A DNA stretch of 64,000 bases from Podarcis melisellensis (taxonomy: Eukaryota), in NCBI GenBank assembly GCA_964234715.1, contig OZ174279.1; one strand, written 5' to 3'. Under the pieces are notes generated by a model. It had not been told where the DNA came from. It made no database searches and saw only the letters and a list, made by a program, of their open reading frames with translations. Position numbers and translations under genes: made by a program. Within the stretch, counting starts at the first letter, position 1, and each line of letters starts with the position of its first letter. Shown one piece after another: positions 1 through 14,351 of the stretch.

Positions 1-66
1 TACCTACAACACTCATTGACCTGCATCTCTTGCAGTCAGAGGAAGTAATGATAGGCAGCATTTTAA

Positions 67-120
<54 letters not shown>
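67..120. repeat. (AAT)n microsatellite, about 18 units
   Basis: Directly visible perfect trinucleotide run. Confidence 0.97.
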
Positions 121-121
<1 letters not shown>

Positions 122-997
122 TAGTGTCAAATTGAACAGAAGGGGGGAAAACCTCACAAAGATTGGTAATTTTGGTATTTTTTAATATTAAATTTGAATG
201 ATGTTCATCTTCCCAAATTCTTAGGTATAGCCATTATCAGCCTATTTAAATTCATTTTAATCATTTGGGAGATCAGAACAAAAAATGTCAGGATATGTTA
301 TGACATCTGGGCACCAGGAAAATTGCCCATTAGTATACAAAGTATGTGATTTACAATTACCCACTGGCATTAATTTAGACTTAAACAGGTAATCATATAT
401 CTTGAGACACTACCAAAGTTATTAAATAATAGTAATTCATCCACATACAAAGCTAATTTAAATTCTACTTGCTTGTGAACAAAACCAACATTTGCCCTTA
501 CTTGCGATTTAGGAGAGTGGTATAATGTTTTAATTCACTTCGTATATTTTTGAGGAAATCAAAGTTTTTCTAAAGTAACAAACATAAATTGCCAGTATAT
601 TTTGTCAAACACTTTTTCAGTGTCCAGAGAAATAAGTGAAACTGGATATTTGGTACTTCCAAGGGCAGCAGCTTTGTGGGGTTTGAGCTTCATTGGAGTA
701 AACCTTTAATTTCATTTTCCTGTAGTTCTTCCCTCCCCTTCTGCAACTATTCATACAGTTGAGTTAAGCACCCTAATACAGCCACTAAAGCTTTAAAGAA
801 GGGCGGGGAGAGTTATGTAGAAAATAAAATCTTTGCCACAAGGAAAAATTCTTGCAATTGTATGGTAGGAATATGAGGAGACAAGACAAATCAGCTGTAA
901 AGTGAACTTGAGAAAATGAGTGTTTAGTTAACCATCCTAAGTGGCCAATCATCTTTTGTATTCCACCCAGTGCCAAATATCTTCCCACTCTCATCTA

Positions 998-1061
998 GAA
1001 AACTGTCCTGAGGTCTTATGATGAAGGGTGATATATAAATTGAATGAATGAATGAATGAAT
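998..1061 (+). mobile_element. Short LINE-type 3' tail ending in (TGAA)n
   Basis: aaactgtcctgaggtcttatgatgaagggtgatatataaat then (TGAA)5. Similar tails occur reverse-complemented near 20000-20070 and 59374-59450. Confidence 0.45.
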
Positions 1062-2673
1062 AGAAAAAAACCAACATTTATTTCTTACATTTGTATCCTA
1101 CCCTTCTTCAATTGTGAAATCCAAGGTGGCATACTGATGTATTCTGTTTCAATAAGGTGGAAGTCTTGTGTGCCTTCAGACTATACCGAACAATTATGAA
1201 CTGGAAAATGGGTTGGTAAAGAATTGATGTGTGACATGCATCCTACCAGAATTCAATAAAGTAGTTTTGGTTGGGAGAATTCCTTTGTGGTTTCCTCTGT
1301 CTTTCTATGTATGAGACCCTGTGCAAAATAAATTAGTTCATGGAAAGCTAATGCTGAGTTCCTGGCTTTCTTCCTTTTCTGCATTAGACTGCATGAAAGA
1401 TTGCTGTATTGGTTGGAAGGCTGTAATACCGTACTCTTATTCCTTGGTGTTTATCATTGCTTTAGTATATAGACCACACTCATTCTTTCCTGGCGGTCAG
1501 AAATCACTCTTCTGTGTGGACTAGATAACCACCTCAAATGTAAAGTCTGTGATCATCTGACAAATTGCTTGGAATACATTACTGGTGATAAATGCAATCT
1601 CCTTAAAGGGAAACCTATTCATTTAACATAGTACTTCCAGGATTAATTGCTTGCCAGGCTAAATTGCTCCATAAAAGTGCATACTTTTTTATCCACTTTT
1701 TTCATGGCATGATTTGTTAGACCATTCCATGCTTTGTGTGCTAATTACACTGGCTTTTTCTTTTCTTTAATTATTATTAATTCTTACACAGCATGTTTTG
1801 CTTTTAGTTTTTTGGCTGCTGCTTTAAAATCCTATTGCTGTTTCCTCTTTAAATATCATGTTGTGCTTTAGAAAACAGAGGAAGCAGCTCTACAAAATGT
1901 AGGCAGAGGGCAGCCCTTACTTCACTACCAGTTAGCAGTATTAGGAGCCACAGGGTGCTAAATACTTCCATTTTATTTTCCACCCAGATGTCCTCAAATT
2001 TGCATACCAAAAAAAATAGAATAAACAATGTTATTTCAAACAGAGAGTGAGAGAGAGCAAGAGCAGCAGGAAAATAATCAACACCAATGCAAGGAGGGAG
2101 AGCAAATAAATATTGAAGGCCTGTTGAAGTGAGACACTCTTCTCTAAATGTCAGAAGGTCAAATAAGGAAGGGGCCAGATGATCCTACCATGTTTGTGTG
2201 CTATAGCCAAGAGGGCCTTATCCTGTATTCTTTCCAGCTGCACATCTCACACCTGTAGGAAGCTGAGCGAGGCCTTTCTTGAAGACCTCAACAGATGGGC
2301 AAGATCAAGTGGGAGCAGGCTGTCTTTTAAGTAGACAACTTGGGAACAGAGAGGCTGAGGAATGTTTATTATGTTTGCTCTCTGTAACTGTTAGCAGAGA
2401 TTGTATTTGATGGAGTTATTTTATAATAAGACACAAAGGTATTTCACAGTGCAGTTCCTATACAGATTGGGCATCTCTCACATTTTTTAAGAAAGTCTTA
2501 AAAAAAAAAATGTTCCCCAAAGCTTTTGATACAAGGTGTGAATTAGAGCTTTCTATTTCGGTTGAATCTGATAGTAATGTACTGTGGTCAGTATTTCTAG
2601 TTGTTTCAACATTTATATCTTGCACTAAATCTCAGTTGCCACTTAAGACTTTGTGAAGGTAAGTAATAGTGTC

Positions 2674-3130
2674 TACTGGATTACCCCTATGCACTTGCTT
2701 ATTGACACTCAAAAAAAGGTTAATGAGACAGGACTTTCCTTTGCAGAAGCCTTGTTTTGTTTTTGGCAGGATTTGTCCTTCTTTGTGCTTGATAATTTTA
2801 TGCTTTCCAACAATTTATCTGGAATATATGTTAAGCTAACTAGCCTGCCATTTTCTGGATCCATTTTTAAACACTGACATAACTTTGAGCACCTTACAGT
2901 CGCTTTGTACAGAGGCTGACCTTAGGAACATTTTATATATTTTTGTGAGAAGATGAGCAATTCTACATTTGAGTTGTTTAAGAATTCTTGGAAGGATACC
3001 ATCTGGGCCTAGTGACTTGGTTCTTTTTAGTTGTCAGTAATGTCTAGAACTTGTCACTACTATTTGCCTTGATTCCTCAGGCTCCCTTCCTGAAAATGGC
3101 AGTTCAGGCATGGGTATCTGCCCTACATCT
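2674..3130 (-). mobile_element. Degenerate CR1 LINE ORF2 fragment (pre-RT region)
   Basis: Minus-strand translation gives KSLGPDGILPRILKQL, DPENGRLVSL and GFCKGKSC, decayed versions of CR1 motifs KSPGPDGIHPRVLKEL, DPGNYRPVSL and GFxKGKSC, in the expected order. Confidence 0.85.
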
Positions 3131-3628
3131 CTGAAGTTGTACAGTTGTGGAAAGAATGTACCTTGTAACTTCTTAAAAACAACATTTGAGTTGACTATTG
3201 CTTGAATCCACAGATAAGTGAATTTTGCAGAGCTACAAATCCAAGATAAATATAAGAAGAAAAGTCAAGAAAAAAAGAAATATGCCTAGTATCTAGAAGA
3301 GCAGCAGAAAATAAATACTCCATGTATTGTCTATCCTTGAACTGTGTGTGCGCGCACACCCACTCACCCCACCCACCCCTTTGCCAGAACAAGGAATCAA
3401 GGGCACATTTATTTGGATCCATCTGCATTTTAGTTAGTTGCACCTGTAGTTCTGCTGAGTCTCTGGCTGGTTGTTGACAACAAGATTTGGACTATAAATA
3501 GTTTCTCTCTTTTTTTTACCATGACCCCACTTCCAATCCTTTTACTCTGTCTGAGCATCCAAGCCCCAATGCATTTCTTACATATTCAGACCCCCAAGAT
3601 GTGCATTGGGAAACCCATAGTGAACTTA

Positions 3629-3965
3629 AAGGTAAAGGTAGAGGGACCCCTGACGGTTAAGTCCAGCCGCGAACGACTCTGGGGTTGCGGTGCTCATCTC
3701 GCTTTACTGGCTGGCCAAGGGAGCCGGTGTACAGCTTCCGGGTCATGTGGCCAACATGACTAAGCTGCTTCTGGCGAACCAGAGCAGCGCATGGAAATAC
3801 TGTTTACCTTCCTGCCAGAGCGGTACCTATTTATCTACTTGCACTTTGACGTGCTTTCGAACTGCTAGGTTGGCAGGAGCAGGGACCGAGCAATGGGAGC
3901 TCACCCCGTTTCGGGGATTTGAACTGCCGACCTTCTGATCGGCAAGCCCTAGGCTCTGTGGTTTA
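3629..3965 (-). mobile_element. Sauria SINE (Squam1), slightly 5'-truncated, with 7-bp target-site duplication
   Basis: (ACCTTT)n tail read as aaaggtaaaggt; typical body; right end is the reverse complement of the head at 63931. GAACTTA flanks both sides (3622-3628, 3966-3972). Confidence 0.93.
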
Positions 3966-4015
3966 GAACTTACACGTCTCCTAAGTGGCTCATCTGCATC
4001 AATACAAAGGATGGA

Positions 4016-4224
4016 AATAATAATAATAATAATTTATTTATACCCCGCCCATCTGGCTGGGCCTCCCCAGCCACTCTGGGTGGCTTCCATAGAAACCAAA
4101 AATACAGTAAAATATCACCCGTTAAAAGCTTCCCTGAACAGGGATGTCTTCTGAATGTCAGGTAGTTGTTTATTGCTTTGACATCTGCTGGAAGGGTGTT
4201 CCACAGGGCGGGCGCCACTACCGA
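4016..4224 (-). mobile_element. L2-clade LINE 3' end, 5'-truncated
   Basis: Reverse complement of the element at 17060-17548; encodes VVAPALWNTLPADVKAINNYLTFRRH; microsatellite tail. Confidence 0.88.
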
Positions 4225-4446
4225 TAATAAACCTCCAGAAGTGTTTACAAAATACCTCAGTGAGTATGTGGATTAGTTCCTCATACAAGGCTAGATTCTC
4301 TGGTAAATTATTCCCCAGCATGCACATTGCTGATGCTGAGCAAATAAATAACTGAAAACTCAGTAGGGAGCTGCTTCAGAACACCAGGCTAACACTGTCC
4401 CTCAGCTCACTTTTAAAAAAACCAGTATAATTTTAATGGGTTAGGA

Positions 4447-4558
4447 ACCACCCCCCGGCCGACATATGTTGAATTGTGGCAGCACTAGCATAGCCACAAT
4501 AGTGCAGCTCATGGGAATTGTAGTCCAGATCTGGAGGGCACCAGCTTGGCAAAGGCTG
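4447..4558. mobile_element. Degenerate palindromic MITE (family of 55858-55992)
   Basis: atgggaattgtagtccagatctggagggcaccag matches the arm of the 55.9-kb copy. Confidence 0.5.
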
Positions 4559-5824
4559 TTGTATTTCATGATTCCTAAAATGAGCTATCATCTTTATACA
4601 ATGTGTTAGATACTTGGGGGTGAGATGTGATGTCAGTGAAGCTTCAAATAGAAGGTTGTAGATACCTCCTAGTAACAACAAAGTTTAGCAAATGATAATT
4701 GACTGGTGTAATGTATACTGTGCAAGTACCCGTATATGTGGACTTAGACTTTGTAGACGTTTTTGTGTTCATTCAATGGTACTGTAGCTGTTTAAGGGGA
4801 AAAATATTTTTATTTTCAAAAGCAACTTATGCTATAGCCTCAGTTCCTTCACCTCATTTTAGAGATGCTGTTATTACATTTATGGTAGAATGCAAAGCTG
4901 ACATAGGAACATTAGTTGCATCCCATAATACCCAGTTCCAGTTGTTGCACTTTTACTGGTGTTTATCCTAGTAACCTCAATGGTGGCAGTATTTAGTGTG
5001 TGACAATGTTAGGATGAGAATATTAATACTTCACTTTTTTCATCTGAATTCTCATCTCAAGTATTGCATTTGTACTACATTTTTAGAGATGTGCTTTAAC
5101 TGTAAGGGCATTTTACCATAATTATTATCAGGGTTGAAGCTACATTTGTGGTCTGTAAGTATTTTTTTGTGAGCACTGCTGAATTTTGAATATGTTACAC
5201 ATTGGCAATATGCTCCAAGCCAAGGGGATCACTGTTTTGAATTTCTTATTCTTCTGGGATGTTGAGAAGGGGTGTGCATCAGCACAATTTGGAAGTACTT
5301 CTCTTGGCAGCAGCTAGAATTAAACTGTTAGGATACCAAGAGAAATTGCTAGTCCAACTCCCTGCTGAATCAAAAAATTCATTGCTTTAGTGAATTTCTA
5401 TTGTCTTGCTGGAGCTCATTGTTAATGAGAACTCTGCGTGTGCTCTGGAACTATGTGATACTTTGACGTTACTCTGCACTTTAGATTCATTCCAGAGTAG
5501 TACGAAAACAAATATTGCTTTAAGCTGACTGACCCCCCTAGGCATGGGATTGAACAGCAGTATTGGCTACAACATGTGCAAAAGCCAAATTAGTTCCTGG
5601 AACCTTTGCCATATATAATTCAACCACATGCCATTATTCAGCCATTATGTTTTCCCAGAAGATTCCTCAAGGAAACATCTTTAACTAGTAATGAAGCTCA
5701 GTTCACGTTTCCTGGGAAAGGGTCACCATCTTCTTCATGAGAAGCATATTAAGTCAGCTGGCTGCTAGTTGTGATTGGCCAGAGACCCCTTGTGAGCATC
5801 CTGCCACTCTCTAGCAGGAAACCT

Positions 5825-5897
5825 ATAGAATCATAGAATTGTAGAGCAGGAAGTTAACCCAAGAGCCATCTAATTCAACCCCCTGCAATCCAAGAAT
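5825..5897 (-). mobile_element. CR1 3' terminal fragment
   Basis: atagaatcatagaat is the reverse of the CR1 ATTCTATG tail, followed by CR1-like 3' UTR (...gccatctaattcaaccccctgc). Confidence 0.65.
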
Positions 5898-8800
5898 CTA
5901 TATTGATATGCCTGGTAGTGACTCAGAACTTGACTTGAGTAGCATTTAATTCCTCTTCTCTTCTTAACGTTATCACATTTTGGTTATGGTACACTGCCCA
6001 TCAATAAGCGCCTTTGCTATAACTGGGCATCTTGCAGATTCCCAAGCTATTCAACTGTTTGGATGCCCCTAAAAAGCTGCTTTTCGTGCCTGTTCTTCCA
6101 CATGTTATTTTATTCCAGTCATATATCTGATGTGAAACACAAGCTACTGTGTGCTTAAGAAAAGCTTTTCCTGTTTCTTAAACTTTAGTATGAGGAACCC
6201 ATGGGGCGTGTTGTAAGCCTGGCTCTATTGTTTTCTTTTTGGAAGAAGAGTATGAGGTGGTTGAGCCCTTTCAAGGTAGTCCAGTCATTACATGAACCAT
6301 TGTGTCAAATACAGAGGGCCAAGCATAGCATATGGAGGAATAAATCTCTGTGCACATTCTATATTTCACTTTACATTGTGTAAGCTTTGTGTTAGGCATT
6401 ATCTCTGTTGACTAACCTGGCTGCCCCTCTGGAATGTAGAATAAACATTCTAAATGTCACTCATTGCTTGGCATATTTTGAAGCTGGCATGTGATCTGCA
6501 CAAGCCACAGCAAAAGGAACCCCAGATGCGTCATGCTTTTTTTAAAGGGAAGAAGCATGTAATAAAATGACTAATTAGACTACTAATGAGCGTAAAGAGT
6601 AATTAAAATATTTTTGCTTTTTGCCAGCACCAGACTCTGAAGTGTTTTAAGTCTCAGAGGGCTGGAATCTAAACCCATTATGATTTATTTTGAAGCATAT
6701 GAGCCAATTTACAGTTATTACTGTTGCAGGGGGTGGGTGGGAGTAGGACTCAACATTTGCCAGCAGTGCCTATTACAAAGTGACTAGGGAACTGGCGCCT
6801 GAAGTTTTGTGGTAATTCTTACACTGTTGAGTCCCATCACATAGTCTAATGCTCATCCCTAGTGACCCATCCCTTTAGTTACCTTCTCCTAGAATGCAGG
6901 TTTCGCCAGAACCTTAATTTGCCTTTTACCTTCATCATCACGGTGTAATCGGCCAGAAAGGGACACAAAGAACATAAAAGGTGTTTCTGAGTATGCATTT
7001 TCATTCACTCCCCATATTACGCAGGCTGTAGTGTGTGACGAGCAATGAGTAGGAGTAAGGCAGACCACTGAGCCTGTTTATCACGGTATAAGTTTAGCAA
7101 AGCAATTTGACTAAGGAAACCTTATTACAGAAGAGAGAAAAACATTCTTTCAGCTTAATAACAATTTCAGCCAGGAGATTGTTGAGTCTTTGGGTATATT
7201 AACCAATAGGATGAGAGATTATAATGTTTTGTGTTAAAGCTGATATGCGTGAAGCTCACTTTTAAATTGCTTCCCCCAGCAGCTCCCTCCACATAGTGAG
7301 TCAGCATCTTCTCTTCATACCACTTCCCACCCATCTTTCATATTTCACTCAGTGAAACATGCAAGCAATTATCCATGTAACCACCTGGTGAGATTTCTAG
7401 AAAGCAGTGTCTATGGCAGGGGTAACTGGCCTATAACCCTTTAGATGTTTTTTGTTCCCTTAGACTTAGACAGCATGACCAATGCAGTTCCAACAACATT
7501 TGAAGGATTGTGGGTTAGCCACCCTTGGTTTTAGATACACAGAGAGGCCCATTCTCACCCATCTGTAGCCTGAGGCAAGCATGCCTGTATAAAAGAGAAA
7601 CTGCCCTAAGGAGAAGCAGTATTAAATAGTGACAACCATGAAACAATTGCAGATCAATAATGAGATACATAGCTGCCATGTTATGCTGGTGGTAGCCTAC
7701 CCAGCATTCTGCCTTAGAGCCATAATTAGCCCTATGTAGCTACCAATACACACCATAGACTCTATGTAGAGTGGGCCTCTCTACATTTTTGCCTCAGGAC
7801 TTTTGTCTCTGATAGCTGAATGTTGGAAGAGTGTGCATATGTAGCTGTGTCTGAATGTGTCCTTCCATATCAGACATTTTCTCCAGGTGACGTCTGCAAT
7901 AACAAATAGCAATGTAGGCACCATGCTATTTCCACCCTTGCTTAAACATGGCATCTTTGCTCCACCGGAGGGCTGTTGGGGCTGATCGCTGCGTACAAGG
8001 TAGACCAAACAAAATGGAAAGCTTTTGAAAAAAAGGTGTTGCTTCACATATCCTTTGCCAAGCACAGTATAGAGTTGTGTGTATGAACTCCATAATACAT
8101 CTGCGTTTATGCTTATGATAGACAAGTTCACTGCCTTGCTCAATATTTAGGCTAAAGACAGAGTCAAGGGAAACAGTGGTACCTCCCATGGCAATACTTA
8201 CCCCCTTGAAAAGTATGGACGTAGCCCTTTGAGTGTGGAAGCAAAAGTCATGTGTTAAGCCACCTTCAAATAATTTATTTAGTATAATTTAAGACCATCG
8301 CAACTCATGTTCCGCTTCTTTAGTTTTAACGCCTTGTCTCACAACAACTGCATTGTTACTTGAATGATTGCCCTATTCATAGCATTTTAAGAGGCATGAT
8401 TCATAATTATTTCATATGTTTACCTTGAAAATTTATTTGGCAGGTTAGGGGGCTTCTACAGAAATTACAGCTAGCCACTGGGAAATATGGACAAAGTACA
8501 TGTAGTAGATGAGCGGTGCAAAGTGGACTTATTTATGTTGTACCCAAAGGCATAGTTAAGGTGCCTAACAGGAGCACTGGTGTCTGTGGTTGGTTAGAAT
8601 AAATCCTCATGGTCCGTTTGCTTACTTTTAAGCCTCCTGGGCTGTAAATCTTTATGCAGAAGGATGGATGTCTTGGTGAATGATCCAGAATGCTTGAAAT
8701 TTTTAACTGACTGGCTAACATGTGAATAATAAAAACAATACAGTCTCTGCCTGCTAGCTTCTGACCCAACTAACACAATACAAAAGGAGAAAGAGATGAG

Positions 8801-10591
8801 AAAGGAAGAGGAGGCAAGCACACACCAGTTATTATCTAAGTTTAAGGACTAGCTGTTTAGGGAGAGGATGAGCCCAAATGTTGTTGTTCTCATAGCAGGA
8901 CAGGTGGAAAGGCCATTCCTCTCATCTCCCTCTCTGCTGTGGCCTGATAGAAGGGTTGCTGCCATGTGGTGCTTGAGGAATAATAAGCCTGATGGAGTTG
9001 GTCTACCAACAGAGTTGATAGAGTGGCCCTGCTTCCCAGGATTCCCTCTGAATTAATCAGCCATTAGCTTCACTAACAACTGCTTTGTAAATGAATGCCT
9101 TTTTGATGTTTATGGATGTTTAAAGAATCTATGTCCTAATCAGGCACTGTTATTGTCCAATGTGAACTCATTATGGCTCATTGGGTGCAGAGGCATTTTA
9201 TTTCCATAGGAAAGCTCTTGCCGACATGTGACAGATATGCTGTGTGAAAGGTTGCTGTGAATACCTGCTTTATATGCATTGTGACTGGTAAATGGTCACA
9301 TTGAAGTGGTTAATCTTTGGACCTCTGCTATCTACTCTGGCAGAAGTCAAAGAGCAGTGATTTAAGAGGGGTGGGGGGGGGTGAGAACTCGGATACATCA
9401 CTCATCTTAAATCTACAGCCATGCGTTGCAGCAGAAAATTAGCTTATTCTTCAAGCCACAGAGATAGACTGAATTGCTTAATAACCAGAAAGTGATGAGA
9501 GATAGAAAATTGAGTGCCGGGGAAGGAATCAAAAGCATTCAGTGTGTTCCCTTTTGGAAGCAAACGGAGCCAGATGAAAACAGAGAGGCTGAAAAGCTGC
9601 TGAAGGTTCAGCCTACACAAGCAGGCTCTCTTCTGTACTTTCCCCCCTGCTTCTTTAAAATGTGATGTGAGGCTCCCTCAACACAGAATCCATCTACCAC
9701 ACAAAGAATACATCCCTACTTGACAGGAATGAACAGGTGTAACAGGCTGCTTTCTCCTACCATCTGACAACACTGCTGACTCAAATATTTTTCTGTACCC
9801 TTAAAAAGAATCTGCTTATACTGTCTGATGAAACTATCCCTTTGTTTTGCTTTCCCCCCTGCCGTTTATTTTTGTGGCTAGTGGATCCCTCCTTTTAAAG
9901 CGTAAACTCACTGGTTTATTTTTATGCTCATTACTGAGGAGGAAAACAACCCTGACACTTTGCACAGAGGAACAGCAGCCTTATCATTAAAGCTGGGTCA
10001 GGAGGAAAGTCCTAGCTGCAGCAACAGCTTCCTCTTTGGCTGCTTCTTGAATGGTTTACTTGACTTGAATTCACAATGGCAGAAGCCATGGGAGCTGGTT
10101 CAGAATGTCAGCAACCTCTCTGCTCAGGGCTGCCCATTACAGCACTATTAAGCCATTGTTTAAAGATTATAGATTGGGTTTTGTGTGTCAACTGGCATAT
10201 GGTGGGATGTTCTGTTACCATATGCCCTGGTCGACACGCCTGTGTGCACTTTTCAGACACGGACCCTTAACATTTGGAGAGGAATTTTGAATGCTGTGTT
10301 AATACTGGTGTGCTACTGAAATCTGTTGTTCTTTTTAAAGAGAATTGAAGAGGCCTGAGACGAGAGTATTCCAGAGGAGAGCAGTGAATTTTATCAAGAA
10401 GAAATTAATGGAACAACTTATTTAAAGCACTTCATCCTAACCAGAATTTATGGTGCTAATAAATGCTCAGAAATGTTCATTATTCTGGCAACTATAGGTA
10501 AAAGCAGGAGCTAAGCAGAAAAGCAAGCATGTGCTGTAAAATATCCCAGTTCTCTAGTAAGAGTATGGAAAGGGGGTGGGGGAAGAGGAAG

Positions 10592-10692
10592 TTGGGCACA
10601 AATAGATGGTTTTAAAGTGATTATTTTTGTAAATGCTAGGAATTTGGGCACAATTAGAGGGTTTTAAAGTGATTGTTGATGTAAATGCTAGG
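10592..10692. repeat. Tandem duplication, two 49-bp copies
   Basis: 10592-10640 and 10644-10692 differ at 5 positions. Confidence 0.9.
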
Positions 10693-12436
10693 GGTTTCTG
10701 GGATGAGATGGGTAGAGAAGAGAGCAGGTTTCCAGGGGGTGGAAATAAGTGAGGATAGCAGAGCAGAGGAAGAGGTGCTTTTCTTGGGACAGGGGCACAG
10801 TGTGTCATGAGAGAAGGTATGTGAATAATGCAGTGGTTTGGCAAAGAGTTTATGAAGAGGTTATGCCTTAGGTGTGCGGAAAAACTAGGTTAGAAACAGA
10901 ACAAAATTCGAGGGGGTGTGGAAATAGAGAGGTGATAACTTTCGTTGGCTTATGGACCAACTAAGTAAAGAGGAATGAATTAGTGGAACTCATTACCTTT
11001 CATTATCTGCATAGCTGACTGGTGGTGAAGTGGAGGCAATTGGGCTTCAGTAATGAAAAGGGAGATGGAGAAGGATGAGAATGCAAGATTTCTCATGGCA
11101 GCAGACTTGGGAGAAAGAACCCCCAAAATCTGGAGCAACTAACTCTGGCTTTTTTGCCCAGGTTTAATAAAACAGCAACAGCAACAAAGAATAGATTCCT
11201 GTTACTTGATGGCTCATTTAAAGCATGATTGCAATGTTAAAAGTTTTAAAAGTTGCACACAGTTTGAGCATTCCCACTTTGCTCCTGCCACAGTGGATCA
11301 GGGAAACAGCAGTTGACTTAGCGTTGCATCTGAACCAGTTCTCATGGTTTGCTTCCCTCCACATAAACCATGATCTGAAGCCAACATTTCTTTTGTGGGA
11401 GAAACAAGCCACAAGCATGGAACCTTTGCCCAGTGTGATTAAACAAACCATACCTCTTGGCTCAGCATTATGTCTGAATGCATCTTCTATGCACTGAAGG
11501 AGACATAAACCTGGCTTTCCCCTTAACATTGGCTTGAAGATTGCTTGCCTTTCTAATCAGAAGCTTCCTGCCAAACAGGTGTGTTCTTTTCCAGGTGAAA
11601 AGTCTGCCTTTGTCTCTCAGCAGGCTGACTTTCAGTTTGTACTAAAGCAAATTCATCAATGTTGCATAATTCCAGTGAATTTGTGTTGCCACTTCAGCGA
11701 TGAAATATGTGCTAGTCAAAGGTGCCTTTGTTTCCTGCCCAGTTCTGTGCAAGAAAATTACTTTGATGTTCATTTGCCATGGAAAATAGTGTCTGTCTCA
11801 AACAGCTCTGAGTTTAAGGTGAATCAATATCCTGTTTGTGGCTAATCTATAAATTAGGAGACCTGTCCAGGGTATTCTGGATCCATAGCAGAGACCTGAA
11901 TTACAATAGTTTTGCTCTTGAGTAGTTAATTCTTAGATAATTTGCGTCACAGTTGCATTATTAATCTGAAAAAGAAATTTAAAATAGCATGGAATAGATG
12001 CATCTTTAAAGCACAGTGCTGTCTAAAACAGGGCTTTTGTGTTTATACTAATGTGCAGTTCAGTGACTTTATGAGAAGTTAGAAGTTGGGGTGCTGTGAA
12101 TAAAGCACATTGCTAAGGGAAGAGCCAATTGAACCCAGCTTCAGATGTGAACCAGGGGATTAGTACAGATTTTAAAATATTTTTTGCTGGCTTTGCTTTA
12201 TTCTGTTTTGCTCACCTACTTCTGGAATTGAAACCATGAGGAGGCTGTATTTGAAGAGAGTTAAGTCACAGTTACCTTGATTATATATATATCGGATTTG
12301 TATAAGCATGGTAACAATAAACTTATCCAATTGAGTTAATTGCTCAGAGGCAAGTTATGAGGCAAGCAATGTACTCCAGGGCAAATTTCTTACTTGGACA
12401 AGTACCCATAATTAAACTTTTAGAGCGAAGGAGCAC

Positions 12437-12616
12437 AGAACGCTGTTTATACAGCGGCAGTTCATTTCTCCCTTTAGCTCAGTATTGCCTACACTGACTG
12501 GCAGCAGCTCTCCAGAATTTCGTGTGTCTCTCCCAGCCCACCTGGAGATGTCAGGTGGACCTTGGATCGTTTTGTATGTATCACATGTACTCTTTCACTG
12601 AGCTATGATTCTCCCC
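12437..12616 (-). mobile_element. Old tRNA-derived squamate SINE (Squam2-like)
   Basis: Minus strand begins ggggagaatcatagctcagtgaaagag (A-box-like); body tagctcagtattgcctacactgactggcagcagctctccag. A related fragment lies at 32278-32390. Confidence 0.7.
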
Positions 12617-14145
12617 ACAATTTGATATGATGAGTCAGGGTAGTACGCATCATGTTCAAGAGGAAATTAGTGCTCTCATAAAATCTATTTGTTGTTTGCA
12701 TGAAGCAACAGTAGTAGTAATGTTAGGCCTGCTGACTCTACCTGTATTACCATCAGTATCCGGAGGAAGTCGTAAGCAAGTACACCGAAGGAGTACTTGA
12801 GTTCTATGGACATAACCAGGGTTGGGTGTCTTCTGGCTGAAACAGTTTAAATATATGAATGCTCACTAGGAAAAGAGTAATGGCCAAGCTACACATTATG
12901 TAATATCCACACCCACATTATGTAATCTCTCTACACCCACACCAGTGTTTTTTTCCAAATAAACTTGCTGGCTCAGGTGGCTATTTGCCTCTTAGAGCTT
13001 AAAATATGTATATATAATTAAAATCTTATAGCAGAACAAAGCTGTATCAGAAGTAAAACTAGTGTGCAAATCAAAAACAATTTAAAATTAAGAGTCAAGA
13101 GTTTTCTTTAAAAAGCTTGTGTAAACAGGTAAGTTTTTAAGAAGCATTTAAAGGCTCATGAATTGCACATCATTCCACAGGGAGATGGTGAATGTTATCA
13201 CTACAAGGCCTGTAGTAATCTGGTAGTTGTGGAACCACCAACAGGGTCTCATTGGAAAATCTTAATATTTGCCCTGGTCTGTACTGGAGGTAATGGTCTT
13301 CTAGCTATTACTTAAAAATATGTTTTTCAATTGACAATATATATGAGTAGTTCATCAAGCATCACTCTCCTGGCTCCCACTCTCAAAGTACTCAAACTCT
13401 CGACTTGAGAATTCTCAAAGGCTTTATTCCAAAAGTCATCACATAGTTTAAACATGGATTAAGATACAGGCTACAGAATCAGTAATTCAGAAATAAAAGT
13501 GTAAGCTACATGGTTGGCAGAAGCTAACACATTGTCACAACAGCTGACATGTCCACTTTGCTCCTGCTTTGCAGAGCGGGATGGTCACATGATTCATGTC
13601 CCAAACAATGGGACTGGACAAGCAAGCGGGCACTCCTGTGTGTAGGCTGGATCTGCTTGCCAGCACATTTAACAGCACATCTTTGGAGATGGGGCCAGCT
13701 CACTATCTGATTCAGGCTCATTTACCTCCCTGGTTGCCAGGGCAATCTCAATCTCTAGAGGCAGGTTGACAGCTGGGATGTCCAGCAGCATCTGGGCAGT
13801 CTATCTGGACCCCTCCTCCTATTTCCTGCTCCCTCTGATAGATCCTGCCAAGACCATCCCTCCTTGTTTGTTGCCATGGGGCTTTTGACAGTCACTTTTG
13901 ATTGCTTTTATCAAATTGTTTTTATTGATTTATTCTATGCTCTGACTCTCTAGCTGCCCATAAGGTAATTTTACTTGGATATTTTATTCTCCGTTTTCCC
14001 CTTTTCATCCTTCTGTCATATTCATCTCATTTCACATGTTTGGTACTTCTTGCCATTTATGCATGGCTGACGTTAATAAGGTGGTACTATAAGGGAAGAC
14101 TGAAATCTTTGCAAAATTGCTGCTGAGCTCTCCAACTAAAATACT

Positions 14146-14351
14146 GGATGAAATCCAGTATAGCGCTAAGTGAACAAGGATTGCTGCTTGTGCAGCAGAA
14201 CATTCCTCCTTCCCTCATGTGTCCCTTAAATCTGTTCTAGGGGTTGCCCATGCAGATTTGCCATGGGTGTCCGGGGGGGGGGGAGGGAGAAGGTCTCATT
14301 GTGTAGGTGGAAATCCTTGCACTGACAGGGTGGGTTAGTTGAATACCACCC
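14146..14351. mobile_element. Palindromic MITE-like repeat, GGGTGGTATTCAAC-ended family
   Basis: Ends in gttgaataccaccc; internal inverted caaggatt...cttgtgca / aaatccttgcactga; homologous to 24950-25142, 30731-31223 and 49348-49513. Confidence 0.65.
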
